From a virus (lineage: Duplodnaviria; Caudoviricetes): a stretch of DNA of 48,380 nucleotides. Where the stretch lies: positions 1 to 48,380 of IMG/VR virus record IMGVR_UViG_3300017766_000684; one strand, 5' to 3'. A program made the translations under genes and the position numbers. The notes beneath the pieces are model-generated. The model was not told the origin of the DNA, did no database searches, and was given only the letters and a program-made list of their open reading frames with translations. Shown here piece by piece: positions 26,498 through 35,567 of the stretch. The first letter of the stretch is position 1, and each line of letters opens with the position of its first letter.

Positions 26498-29485
26498 TTA
26501 GTTTATAATAGATACTATTTCGTTTAAATTTCTACTGTTTAAATTAATTCCGCCCCAGTAAGGATCTTCGACATAATTTATTCTGCTTCCACCACTGACT
26601 TCGTAAATTCCAGATGTGGAGCTTGCAACTCTACTTGCATAACCTTTAAAGTTATCAATTTTAGATGATTGATAAGCTCCCGCAATCTGGTTAAAATACT
26701 TAATTATATTTAGTATATGTTCTTTAGAAAGATCAACTCTAAATTGTTTACTGTAAATTTCTCCAAAATGAGATCCATTTTTTATTCCTGTAACAAAAGG
26801 TTTGGACATTTTGTTCAGTGTCAAATCAATCATATTAACATCGTAGAATAATGTAAAGTTTTTATCTGTAGGATTTGGAATTGTAAACACTTCAATCACA
26901 TAGTTTTGATCCACTCTGTGGACATCAGTGCTAATCTGGTCAGCGTAATCTCTTGATGGTATAAGCCTAAAATCACAAGATTTATTAAGAGTATTGAATT
27001 TAATTTTTAATTCGCTGAAGTTTTCTTCTAGAAAAGACGCCATTACGTCATTGGTTCTGTTAGGATTATCTTTATTAAGATAATTTAAGCATATAAATTT
27101 TGACGGATCTTCCCCAGGCTTTTCTCTAATTAATTTAGGTAATGAGAATATGTGAGAATATTTTGCTAAAACATCTTGTTTAGTAATGCCACTTGCTGAG
27201 TGCTGAACCCACCCAGTAGATGGCACATACGACCATACATGATTTGATTCTGGCTTAGTGTGAATCCATATCCCAATGTTACCATATCCAAGTCTAAGAC
27301 CATTAAAATCAGATATTAAAGTTTTTATAGAAAATTGAAATTGATGCTCTGGTAGTAAGAAATTTTTAGATACCCCATACAAAGGATTGTTTATCGTATA
27401 TTTACTTATATCAAAAATTATTCTTCCAAATCCATCGTTGGAAACTTGTCTAATTAATACATTATCATTTAGTAATTTATTTCTAGTAGATAACGGCTTA
27501 CCACTATAGTTAATATCAATTAAAGAAAATAAATTATTAGGACTAGATCCTGAAGTTTGACACAATTCTATATGATCTAATATTCCAGAATTCCTATATT
27601 CATTAATTGAGGAACCATAATTGAGTATTGAGCTTGCTACATACGTTCCAGATGAAATACCTGAGGAAGAGAATACTCCAGATCCAACTCTAAAATCATA
27701 AACGCTACTAAGATTAGTAGTTATAAAATTAGGATTAGATGCTGTTAAAGATCCTCTATTATCAAATTTAGAATTATAAATTAAAGAACCTAGTGCATGA
27801 GAAGTAATCATGGGTCCGTCCATGTCCATAATTACCGGGGATGTTTTATGTCTATTAAAATATTTGGTATAGTAATTGTAAAATTTATGAATATCTCTTC
27901 CTAATTCATAATTCAAATAATCATCAAATGAATCTGGGTAATTTCCACTAAGCTCTGTAGAACTATTTGCATAACTTTGTAGGACGTTCTTCCACTTGCC
28001 AAAAGCTATTAGAGCACTTGGATTTTGATAATAATATGCAGATGCCTCTTGGATTTTAGCCTGCTCCATTATGTAATGCAAAGTAGCCATATATGGATGA
28101 AGCTGACCCCTATCTAATGTTTTACTTATTTTAAATGGAACTGCGTATTGCCCCACAGAAAATCCTGTAAATAATTCAGGGCTTTCTGAAGTTAGAGAAG
28201 ATATTGCAAATCTAGATGTTGAAATATTTCTCCAGTCTCCCCAATATCCCGAAGTTGAATATCCAATGAGGGATTCAGATCCAATACCTAAATACGTCTC
28301 TGGGCCAACGAATGAGAAATACCTCAATCCAGCATCCATTGATTTTAACTTGTGAGGATAGCTGAAAGTTATGCCGTCATCAGAATATATTGCAAATAAA
28401 GAATCAAAACTCTGATCAGATTTTATAAAAACTAAATTATTATCAATAGTTCTTTGTGAAGAATTAAAAATTATAACAGTTTTTTGTAATTGAGGAGAAT
28501 AAAAACCCGTAATATGCTTTAAAATTCCTAACGAATAGCCAGTTATTAAATTAGTTGCTGATCCATTTAATCCAGGCTGACTGAATGACCCATCATAATA
28601 TTTGCTCCAAGGGCAAACTGTTTTGTTTAAAGCAGATTCTATTACAGATGAATAAGATGCTCTTGCAACACACAACGCTGCATAGTCATCTGAAGTTATA
28701 CCATTTTTGTCAGTGGTATAATAAACATAAAGATAATCGTCTCGTTTAGTTGCAAAAGCAACATTAGCTAATGTATCGGCAATAAATACAGGACCAGAAG
28801 CTGACCCTGTAGGGCTAGAAGATACTTGAGATGTTATTATTTTTCCGCAATCGTATAGGGTATTACCATCATCTAAAGATACTTGAATTCTTATAGACCC
28901 TAGCCAACCTCCTGGCCTAGTTGCGTCAACATTACTAACGTCATTGTAAGCCCAATATCCTTCTTCCGCTCTTGCAAATACTAATGTTACTCCTGAAGTA
29001 TTATCTTTATACACAGGACCACCAGCATAGTGGTATACCCCTGACGTATTAGTTATGGAGAATACTTGACCTAGTGACCCGCTAACCGCATCAGGCTTCC
29101 AATCTAATGCTGATGTTCCTCTAGATCCTGATGTTATCTTAAATTTTCCAGAGGCTAGTTGAGATTTAAGGAAGTTAGTATTTACCGCATCTAAAGAATA
29201 ATAATACTCACCAAAAGTAGCAGTATGTATTTGAGGATTAAAAGTAAATTGAAGCTCACCATTCGAAGCACTTACTATTAATCCACCTATTTCAAATAAT
29301 TTTGTATCTACATTCTGCTCTTCTTCAGAAGAATATACATATAAAGTATAATATAAGGATGATGTTGTAGCTGAACTTAAATCTATTGGGCTACCGGAAC
29401 TATTACGTATATAAAATTTCCAAGAATCAGTTTCATTTTGAGAAACTGCTATATCTTTGTAAGTTAAATTATCATAATAATTCAT
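26498..29485 (-). CDS. Mosaic virion protein: BppU-like N-terminal domain, glycoside-hydrolase-like beta-propeller, and a C-terminal structural region
   Basis: FYIRNSSGSPIDLS...GELQFTF...GEYYYSL (BppU-like); Asp-box-like SLDDGNT and SDDGITF; YLYVYY, VARA. Confidence 0.6.
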   Translation of the reverse strand: MNYYDNLTYKDIAVSQNETDSWKFYIRNSSGSPIDLSSATTSSLYYTLYVYSSEEEQNVDTKLFEIGGLIVSASNGELQFTFNPQIHTATFGEYYYSLDAVNTNFLKSQLASGKFKITSGSRGTSALDWKPDAVSGSLGQVFSITNTSGVYHYAGGPVYKDNTSGVTLVFARAEEGYWAYNDVSNVDATRPGGWLGSIRIQVSLDDGNTLYDCGKIITSQVSSSPTGSASGPVFIADTLANVAFATKRDDYLYVYYTTDKNGITSDDYAALCVARASYSSVIESALNKTVCPWSKYYDGSFSQPGLNGSATNLITGYSLGILKHITGFYSPQLQKTVIIFNSSQRTIDNNLVFIKSDQSFDSLFAIYSDDGITFSYPHKLKSMDAGLRYFSFVGPETYLGIGSESLIGYSTSGYWGDWRNISTSRFAISSLTSESPELFTGFSVGQYAVPFKISKTLDRGQLHPYMATLHYIMEQAKIQEASAYYYQNPSALIAFGKWKNVLQSYANSSTELSGNYPDSFDDYLNYELGRDIHKFYNYYTKYFNRHKTSPVIMDMDGPMITSHALGSLIYNSKFDNRGSLTASNPNFITTNLSSVYDFRVGSGVFSSSGISSGTYVASSILNYGSSINEYRNSGILDHIELCQTSGSSPNNLFSLIDINYSGKPLSTRNKLLNDNVLIRQVSNDGFGRIIFDISKYTINNPLYGVSKNFLLPEHQFQFSIKTLISDFNGLRLGYGNIGIWIHTKPESNHVWSYVPSTGWVQHSASGITKQDVLAKYSHIFSLPKLIREKPGEDPSKFICLNYLNKDNPNRTNDVMASFLEENFSELKIKFNTLNKSCDFRLIPSRDYADQISTDVHRVDQNYVIEVFTIPNPTDKNFTLFYDVNMIDLTLNKMSKPFVTGIKNGSHFGEIYSKQFRVDLSKEHILNIIKYFNQIAGAYQSSKIDNFKGYASRVASSTSGIYEVSGGSRINYVEDPYWGGINLNSRNLNEIVSIIN

Positions 29486-29487
29486 GA

Positions 29488-32400
29488 TTATGGTGTTTTA
29501 ATTCGTATCCAAATAGCTTCTGCTGGAATTTTTTGATTAGTCATAGCGAAAACCATGTAAAACCCAGGGGGGAGTGTGTAACAATTAGAAGGCAAAGTAA
29601 ACTCTAATTTTGTATCACTTACTTTTGTAACTTCTACTTCAAAATACCTTTGATTGTAACAAGTATGATGTGTTACACTTCCAGGTGCCATAAATACAAC
29701 CTTTTCTAATTTTATATGTGGTCTTATATAATTACAAGAGAGAGCGTAAGTTTGACCGTAATCCAAATCGCAACATTCAACTTGAGGATCAGAATTATAG
29801 GTGGCACTAACCATCCCTACTCCCGTTGGTCTAGCGTAATTATCGTTTTCGTTTTGTGTTGGTCTTAAGTATTTAGGAGAAAATATTTCATAATCATATC
29901 CTATCCCGTTTTCAATATAGCCATTTAATGAATTATGTCTATTTTCTCCTCCACTTATTAAAACTCTTCCGTCTGGTAGTAATATTGCAGCAGAGTGATA
30001 GTCTCTCCAAGATTTATGTTTCGCCCAATCATATTGTTCCCACTGTAAAGTTTCTGGATTTAGAATTTCTGGTATTAAATGTCTAAACCATCCGATTGAA
30101 TTTACTGGGTTTAAAGGATCTGGGACACTTTCTTCAGATCCAGTTTCAGATATATCATAATAATTTTTAACTAATACATCTAGTGGATGTATGTCATCCC
30201 CCATGGAAGTGTCTATCACTCCATGTTCGTGTTCATCATGGACTAAATCGTGTGGGTCAACTAAAGATGACACATTGGCCCAAGCTAATAAATTACTTTG
30301 AACGTGATGATCTGATAATAATACAGGGTGCATCCAATACTGAAAAGGCTGCGAGGCTTGTGAGGTTCTAGCCATAAACCTATCTGTCATAAGCTCTTCG
30401 CCTCCAACTGAAAACACTGATGCATCTGGCAAAATTACAGCATTTCCATTAGTTCTTGCATACCAAGTTTCAGGTGCGGATTTCCATTGTGCTGTATTAC
30501 TTGACACAGTTAAGACATCTACTTTTGTCGTATCAACCTCTCCGGTAATTGGATCTTTGTTTAGATCTGCTCCTCCAATTCTGTAGAATGTATCAACATG
30601 TATTCCATTTATATTTGGCATTCTAAATGAAGTTCCATAGTGTCTATATTTATCGTATACTCCTACTCCCCCCTCATCATGCCCGATAGTAGAAGACCAT
30701 GTGCCAGCACTTGTGTCATGGCTTGGGAGAAACGAACTCCTATGAGTCATTCCTGCAAAAGTAACATAACCAGCAGAGGTCACAAAAGTTCTAGGATAAA
30801 AATAAAAACTATCATTCCAAAGAGGAGTTACTCCAGTCACACCTAATGATGGGGTTACTACATACAAAGAACTAATCTGCCTATCGCTAGGCCCATCAAA
30901 CAATGAGCTTCCATTATAAACATCTAATCCAAATCCAGGATTAGATGATGTAGGTATAGAACTTATTACTAATGATTCATAAGAGTCATAAGCTATATTT
31001 GGATAATCTGTAAGAGTTGAATCTCCACCCAAAACTAATGCATGACTAAGATTTGAAGTCCTTGTAACATTAGGATAATGAGTTACTGTAGGATACCATC
31101 TTAGTATATTTAGATTTGGACCTCTAGTCCAACTGCCAGCGGAAGAATAGTGAGAATAACTACTTAATGAAGAAACAATGTCAGTTCCACTAATTGGTCC
31201 TGATTTAAAACTTCCTGGTGCCGCTGGATTCCAAGAATAAGTTCTCTGATCTGCCCAAGACGCACCGCCATAAAAATATTTAAATCCCCACTTACTCCCT
31301 CCTGCAACTATCCAGTCCCCACTTGGACTCCATGTATGACCACCACAGAATAGATTTGCAAAAACCCCTGGGGCATCCTCTGAGAACGTAATAGGATTTA
31401 GCCCTGGATAATAATTAAATGGAGGTGTGTTAAATGTGCCAAGCCCAATAACACCAGAAAAATTTTCAACTGGAGATATTGGTAATAGATAATTTAAAAA
31501 CCTAGGTCTCTCAGGTGTTCCAGCACTAGGAGACGGGTCGTATATAGACCAAGATTGGAATGACCAAGGAATATTAGGATTTGTAGCACTTAGAGAGGAT
31601 ACGATGCCTACTGCTGGTATCGAGTTCATCATTACAACTTTACCACGGTGCGGACCTTTTGGTATTATTCCTAAATGCAGTGCATTAAAATATTGTGGAA
31701 ACTTTAGATAAAATTGTCCTATTATTTGATCAGGTCCTCTCGGATCAAAATTAGATGATACAATATAATCTTGCCAAGCAGGGAATGCTACGTAAGGATC
31801 TGTCTCTGAACTATCATGATTTAGTCGTTCTGTCCATACTCCCGGTAAATTAGCATCACCACTAAATTGAATGCTAGATGAATTTATATTATGAGTTATA
31901 GTTACGGGAGATGGTAGAGTTCCACTAGTATAACTGTTCTGCAATATACTATTATTTGAAAAAACTTTTAAAGGATCGGTTAATGGCCCTTGAGTTATTA
32001 AGGTGTTTTTATTATTTCCACCAAAAAATTTATATTTATTTATACCTATAGGAACTGCTCCCAATCCACCTTCAGGCCAAAATGGGATATCTTTAAATAT
32101 CCTTTGTCTAGCAGTTTGATATTCAACCGTAGTAGAATCAGATTCTAGTTTTAAAATATCTTTCCCTATAACATAATTCTTACCACCAGCAGATTCAATC
32201 AAGTAAGATAAATATTTAATGTTTGTGCTTACAGTTTGTTTCACCCAACCATCGGTTAGATTATAAGCCCAAATCTCAGCACCAAAATTATTTTCTGTGG
32301 ACACTACAAGATTTCCATCTATAACTTTCATGTTAGAGGTTGTGTAGTTGTTCCTACTTCCGAATCCATCTGTGTTTATTTTGGTTGTTGTCTTATCAGA

Positions 32401-33114
32401 ATTTATTAGATGTATTTGAGTTCCTGTAGTTTCATTGTAAGTTGCAGCATAAAGTTTTCCATTATACCAACACAATTTTACAATAACATCATTATTAGTG
32501 TCCCCTAAAACCTCATTAGCTGTAGCAGTATCCCAAGTTGATCCGTTATACTTTAATATGTTTACAGAATTTTTTCCTAATCCAGTTCCACATGCAAAAA
32601 GATTAGTTCCATCAGTCTCTAGATCAATAAAAAAGATCATATTTTGTATATCAGAAAATCCATTATAAACAAAATTCCAGCTATTATTTTTGTATTCTAA
32701 AACGTAAATAAAAGTTCCAGCCGTATATAAGTTATCATTTATTTTTATTAATTTTCTTAAATAAGAAGTATAACCATTATCATCCAAAATTTTATTCCAA
32801 CTACCATTAGAGTTACTCCAGACTTGCCCATCTTTAAATGTCCCAAATGCAGTCTGAGCACTACCACCAGTTGAAGCATACAATACACCCTTCTTAATTA
32901 TTAAAGAAGTTATTGCTTTTAAATTTTCGTTTTCTAAATTACCAGTTATCTTTGACCATGAGTTATTTGAATATTTCCAAACATGCCCTATCGAGTTAGT
33001 GCTCTCACTTCCTAAATACAAAGAATTTCCATCTGAAGTAACGCAAGTAAACCTCTGAGTTGAATCAGAAGTTATATTGTTTATTCCTAAAACATTAAAA
33101 TTTAAATTTACCAT
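29488..33114 (-). CDS. Beta-propeller plus galactose/glyoxal-oxidase-like copper radical oxidase (AA5/GlxA-like) domain protein
   Basis: LFCGGH (Cys590), RWYPT (Tyr674), RDYHSAAILLPDGRVLISGG (Tyr1039/His1040), PGSVTHH..YNQR (His1149), C-terminal LPPGFYMVF Ig-like domain; N-terminal ~320 aa of propeller repeats. Confidence 0.88.
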   Translation of the reverse strand: MVNLNFNVLGINNITSDSTQRFTCVTSDGNSLYLGSESTNSIGHVWKYSNNSWSKITGNLENENLKAITSLIIKKGVLYASTGGSAQTAFGTFKDGQVWSNSNGSWNKILDDNGYTSYLRKLIKINDNLYTAGTFIYVLEYKNNSWNFVYNGFSDIQNMIFFIDLETDGTNLFACGTGLGKNSVNILKYNGSTWDTATANEVLGDTNNDVIVKLCWYNGKLYAATYNETTGTQIHLINSDKTTTKINTDGFGSRNNYTTSNMKVIDGNLVVSTENNFGAEIWAYNLTDGWVKQTVSTNIKYLSYLIESAGGKNYVIGKDILKLESDSTTVEYQTARQRIFKDIPFWPEGGLGAVPIGINKYKFFGGNNKNTLITQGPLTDPLKVFSNNSILQNSYTSGTLPSPVTITHNINSSSIQFSGDANLPGVWTERLNHDSSETDPYVAFPAWQDYIVSSNFDPRGPDQIIGQFYLKFPQYFNALHLGIIPKGPHRGKVVMMNSIPAVGIVSSLSATNPNIPWSFQSWSIYDPSPSAGTPERPRFLNYLLPISPVENFSGVIGLGTFNTPPFNYYPGLNPITFSEDAPGVFANLFCGGHTWSPSGDWIVAGGSKWGFKYFYGGASWADQRTYSWNPAAPGSFKSGPISGTDIVSSLSSYSHYSSAGSWTRGPNLNILRWYPTVTHYPNVTRTSNLSHALVLGGDSTLTDYPNIAYDSYESLVISSIPTSSNPGFGLDVYNGSSLFDGPSDRQISSLYVVTPSLGVTGVTPLWNDSFYFYPRTFVTSAGYVTFAGMTHRSSFLPSHDTSAGTWSSTIGHDEGGVGVYDKYRHYGTSFRMPNINGIHVDTFYRIGGADLNKDPITGEVDTTKVDVLTVSSNTAQWKSAPETWYARTNGNAVILPDASVFSVGGEELMTDRFMARTSQASQPFQYWMHPVLLSDHHVQSNLLAWANVSSLVDPHDLVHDEHEHGVIDTSMGDDIHPLDVLVKNYYDISETGSEESVPDPLNPVNSIGWFRHLIPEILNPETLQWEQYDWAKHKSWRDYHSAAILLPDGRVLISGGENRHNSLNGYIENGIGYDYEIFSPKYLRPTQNENDNYARPTGVGMVSATYNSDPQVECCDLDYGQTYALSCNYIRPHIKLEKVVFMAPGSVTHHTCYNQRYFEVEVTKVSDTKLEFTLPSNCYTLPPGFYMVFAMTNQKIPAEAIWIRIKTP

Positions 33115-33116
33115 AC

Positions 33117-35567
33117 TTAATTATATATAGAAGGTTTCCATCCTCTTACAGGATATGTATTACTGACTGCTATGCCATTAAAAATGTTTGATGAATTTAA
33201 ATTTTCGCACCTCTCGTAGATGGCTGGTAAATTTTTGTAATCAGTTATAGGCACATAAGTTAATGAAGATGGTATCAACCCAAGAGGCATAAAATCATTT
33301 TGATTTGCAGTATAATCTTGTGGAGATATTGGCATATTAAACCCAGTTCTATCATAATAACCATCTTTTGGAATTATATTTTTTAAATTTCTTCTTCTGT
33401 GAGATCTTCTTGATAAATCACCTGAAACTGAAGAGTCTGGATTAACCAATGTTTTTTCTAAAGAATTAATATCATCCCTAAAGAATGTCGCTGTTGAACT
33501 AGGGGTAATACCACGCTTATAAGTTTTCATCGCTATGGCTGATGTAGCATACCTAGAAAATCCAGCAGTGCTTGAAGTTTTTAGTTCTGCCGATTCAACC
33601 CTTTCAAATCTAATTTTGCTTGAATTTATAGATTCAATTAAATCGTAAGTATCTGAATCACTTATTATTGCTCCTACATTTGGTATTGAGTGCGCTGGGG
33701 AGAACTGTTGTGCGACCCTACTTGCTATTAACAAGGATTCTCTTGAATCAGCCTCTAGAGACATTTTTGTGAAATCAAAACTTGACGCTTGCACAACTAC
33801 TTTGAAATGTGATGATTTCCCACTCCACAAAGATAGGTATTTAGATTTATCGTTAACTGCATTGTAAATGACAGAATCCCAGTTAGGGGGATATTCCGGT
33901 GCGTCAGTAAATATCAACAAGCCTTTTCTAGGGTAAAAACTACTTGATGCTCCAAAGTATATTTTACTTTTTATATAATTTACAACTTGTATGCAAAATT
34001 CTGACGGCACTCCAAAACACGCCATTCTGTCTGCGAGCGTGTCAAGCATCTCTGGACTGACTCTTGTGTTTAGATAATACGGATATTCTTCAAATGGAGG
34101 TATTGGATAATTTCTACCTCTGTAATTAAATACAAAGCTAGACGAGTCCATGGGGAATGATGAGCCGTCTAATATGAAGTCATTAGGATACGTCTTAAAA
34201 ATATCATATAATATTCTATCAACGCACAATCTAATATTCTCATCCATACTAGATGTATTGTATTGATTTATATCAAAGCTTATGGATTTATCTTGTGTCC
34301 AAGTTGAAAAATTCTCTAATAAGGATGATTCTGTTGCTAAAGAATAATATATCAAATTAGGTATGTAAGATTCCCATAACTCTGATACGTTTGAACTAAT
34401 ATCGAAAACTTCTTGCCCTAAAATGGCATCTACCGCAAACTGTATTGATTGTTTAGTCCCAGTTGTTCTATAGATATTTACTGCGTTAGATATTTGAAGT
34501 CTCCATCTGTCTGGATCTGCCCCGAATAATTTCCACCCAATAAGTTCTGCAAGAAGTGGGAGATATTCGTCAGGGCATTTGTTGATATCACTTAATATTT
34601 CAATATCGTCTATTTTATTAGAATAATCCGCGAAAGCAAAAGAAAATGCTTTAATTAGTCTTTTAAATGGACCAAAAGAAGAAGCTTTATTTATTAAGTA
34701 AGAATTTTCTAAATAATCATCAATAGCATCTTTTACTCTAGTGTCACCATTATCAATATTTAATGGTGAGTAAATAACATCAATTAGTGTGTTAAGTTTT
34801 TCTAGTTGTAAGCTTCCACTTGTATAAATATCATTTACATCAGCATCGTCAGGTGAATAGTTATCAGGTAAAATACCTAATGAACTCCAAGTTGAACACT
34901 CATATGCTTGGCTGTTGTAGTTTTTCCAGATATAAGTAGTTAATCCTTTTATGCCATCATTTGGGTATATTGGTTTGCCCATGTATATCTTTTCCACCAA
35001 TAGATCTTTAACATATGCTGAAGGATTGTAATCTAGATATATTCCATTAGGTGGATAAAAATCTTCTGATATATTTAAAAAATATAACCAAGATAAATTG
35101 TTTATTAAATATATGTGATTGGCACTAGGTTGTGACCCATCAAACTGAAGAGTTGGAAAGTTCAACTTAGTTCCAGGTAAAAAAGTATATTCAATAAAAT
35201 CAGAAAATTGTTCTTTAGTTCTAAAATCTTTTAATGATTTATTTAAAGGTAACAAAAGTTTCTTTTCAAAATCATTTAAATCTAAATCTAATAAATTATT
35301 TTGTTTTACAAAAAATTGGCTTATTCCTTCTGCTGTATTTATTGCACTAAATTGAGTATCTTCAACTGGGTCGATATTTATTATCGAGCTTATATTACCG
35401 ATGATTTTTAAATGTGTGTTTATTATTTGATCTAATATGTCTATCTCTTTCTCACCTAATTTTTCATCATTTTCATAATAAAGTTTTGGAATTAAATATT
35501 TAACAGCCTCATCATAATTTGATTTATGATAAGGACGAGCATCTATAAATTTAATAGGACTAGACAT
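33117..35567 (-). CDS. Baseplate wedge protein with a P2 gpI-like domain (T4 gp7 equivalent)
   Basis: CPDEYLPLLAELIGW...WRLQISNAVNIYRTTGTKQSI; follows gp6. Confidence 0.75.
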   Translation of the reverse strand: MSSPIKFIDARPYHKSNYDEAVKYLIPKLYYENDEKLGEKEIDILDQIINTHLKIIGNISSIINIDPVEDTQFSAINTAEGISQFFVKQNNLLDLDLNDFEKKLLLPLNKSLKDFRTKEQFSDFIEYTFLPGTKLNFPTLQFDGSQPSANHIYLINNLSWLYFLNISEDFYPPNGIYLDYNPSAYVKDLLVEKIYMGKPIYPNDGIKGLTTYIWKNYNSQAYECSTWSSLGILPDNYSPDDADVNDIYTSGSLQLEKLNTLIDVIYSPLNIDNGDTRVKDAIDDYLENSYLINKASSFGPFKRLIKAFSFAFADYSNKIDDIEILSDINKCPDEYLPLLAELIGWKLFGADPDRWRLQISNAVNIYRTTGTKQSIQFAVDAILGQEVFDISSNVSELWESYIPNLIYYSLATESSLLENFSTWTQDKSISFDINQYNTSSMDENIRLCVDRILYDIFKTYPNDFILDGSSFPMDSSSFVFNYRGRNYPIPPFEEYPYYLNTRVSPEMLDTLADRMACFGVPSEFCIQVVNYIKSKIYFGASSSFYPRKGLLIFTDAPEYPPNWDSVIYNAVNDKSKYLSLWSGKSSHFKVVVQASSFDFTKMSLEADSRESLLIASRVAQQFSPAHSIPNVGAIISDSDTYDLIESINSSKIRFERVESAELKTSSTAGFSRYATSAIAMKTYKRGITPSSTATFFRDDINSLEKTLVNPDSSVSGDLSRRSHRRRNLKNIIPKDGYYDRTGFNMPISPQDYTANQNDFMPLGLIPSSLTYVPITDYKNLPAIYERCENLNSSNIFNGIAVSNTYPVRGWKPSIYN

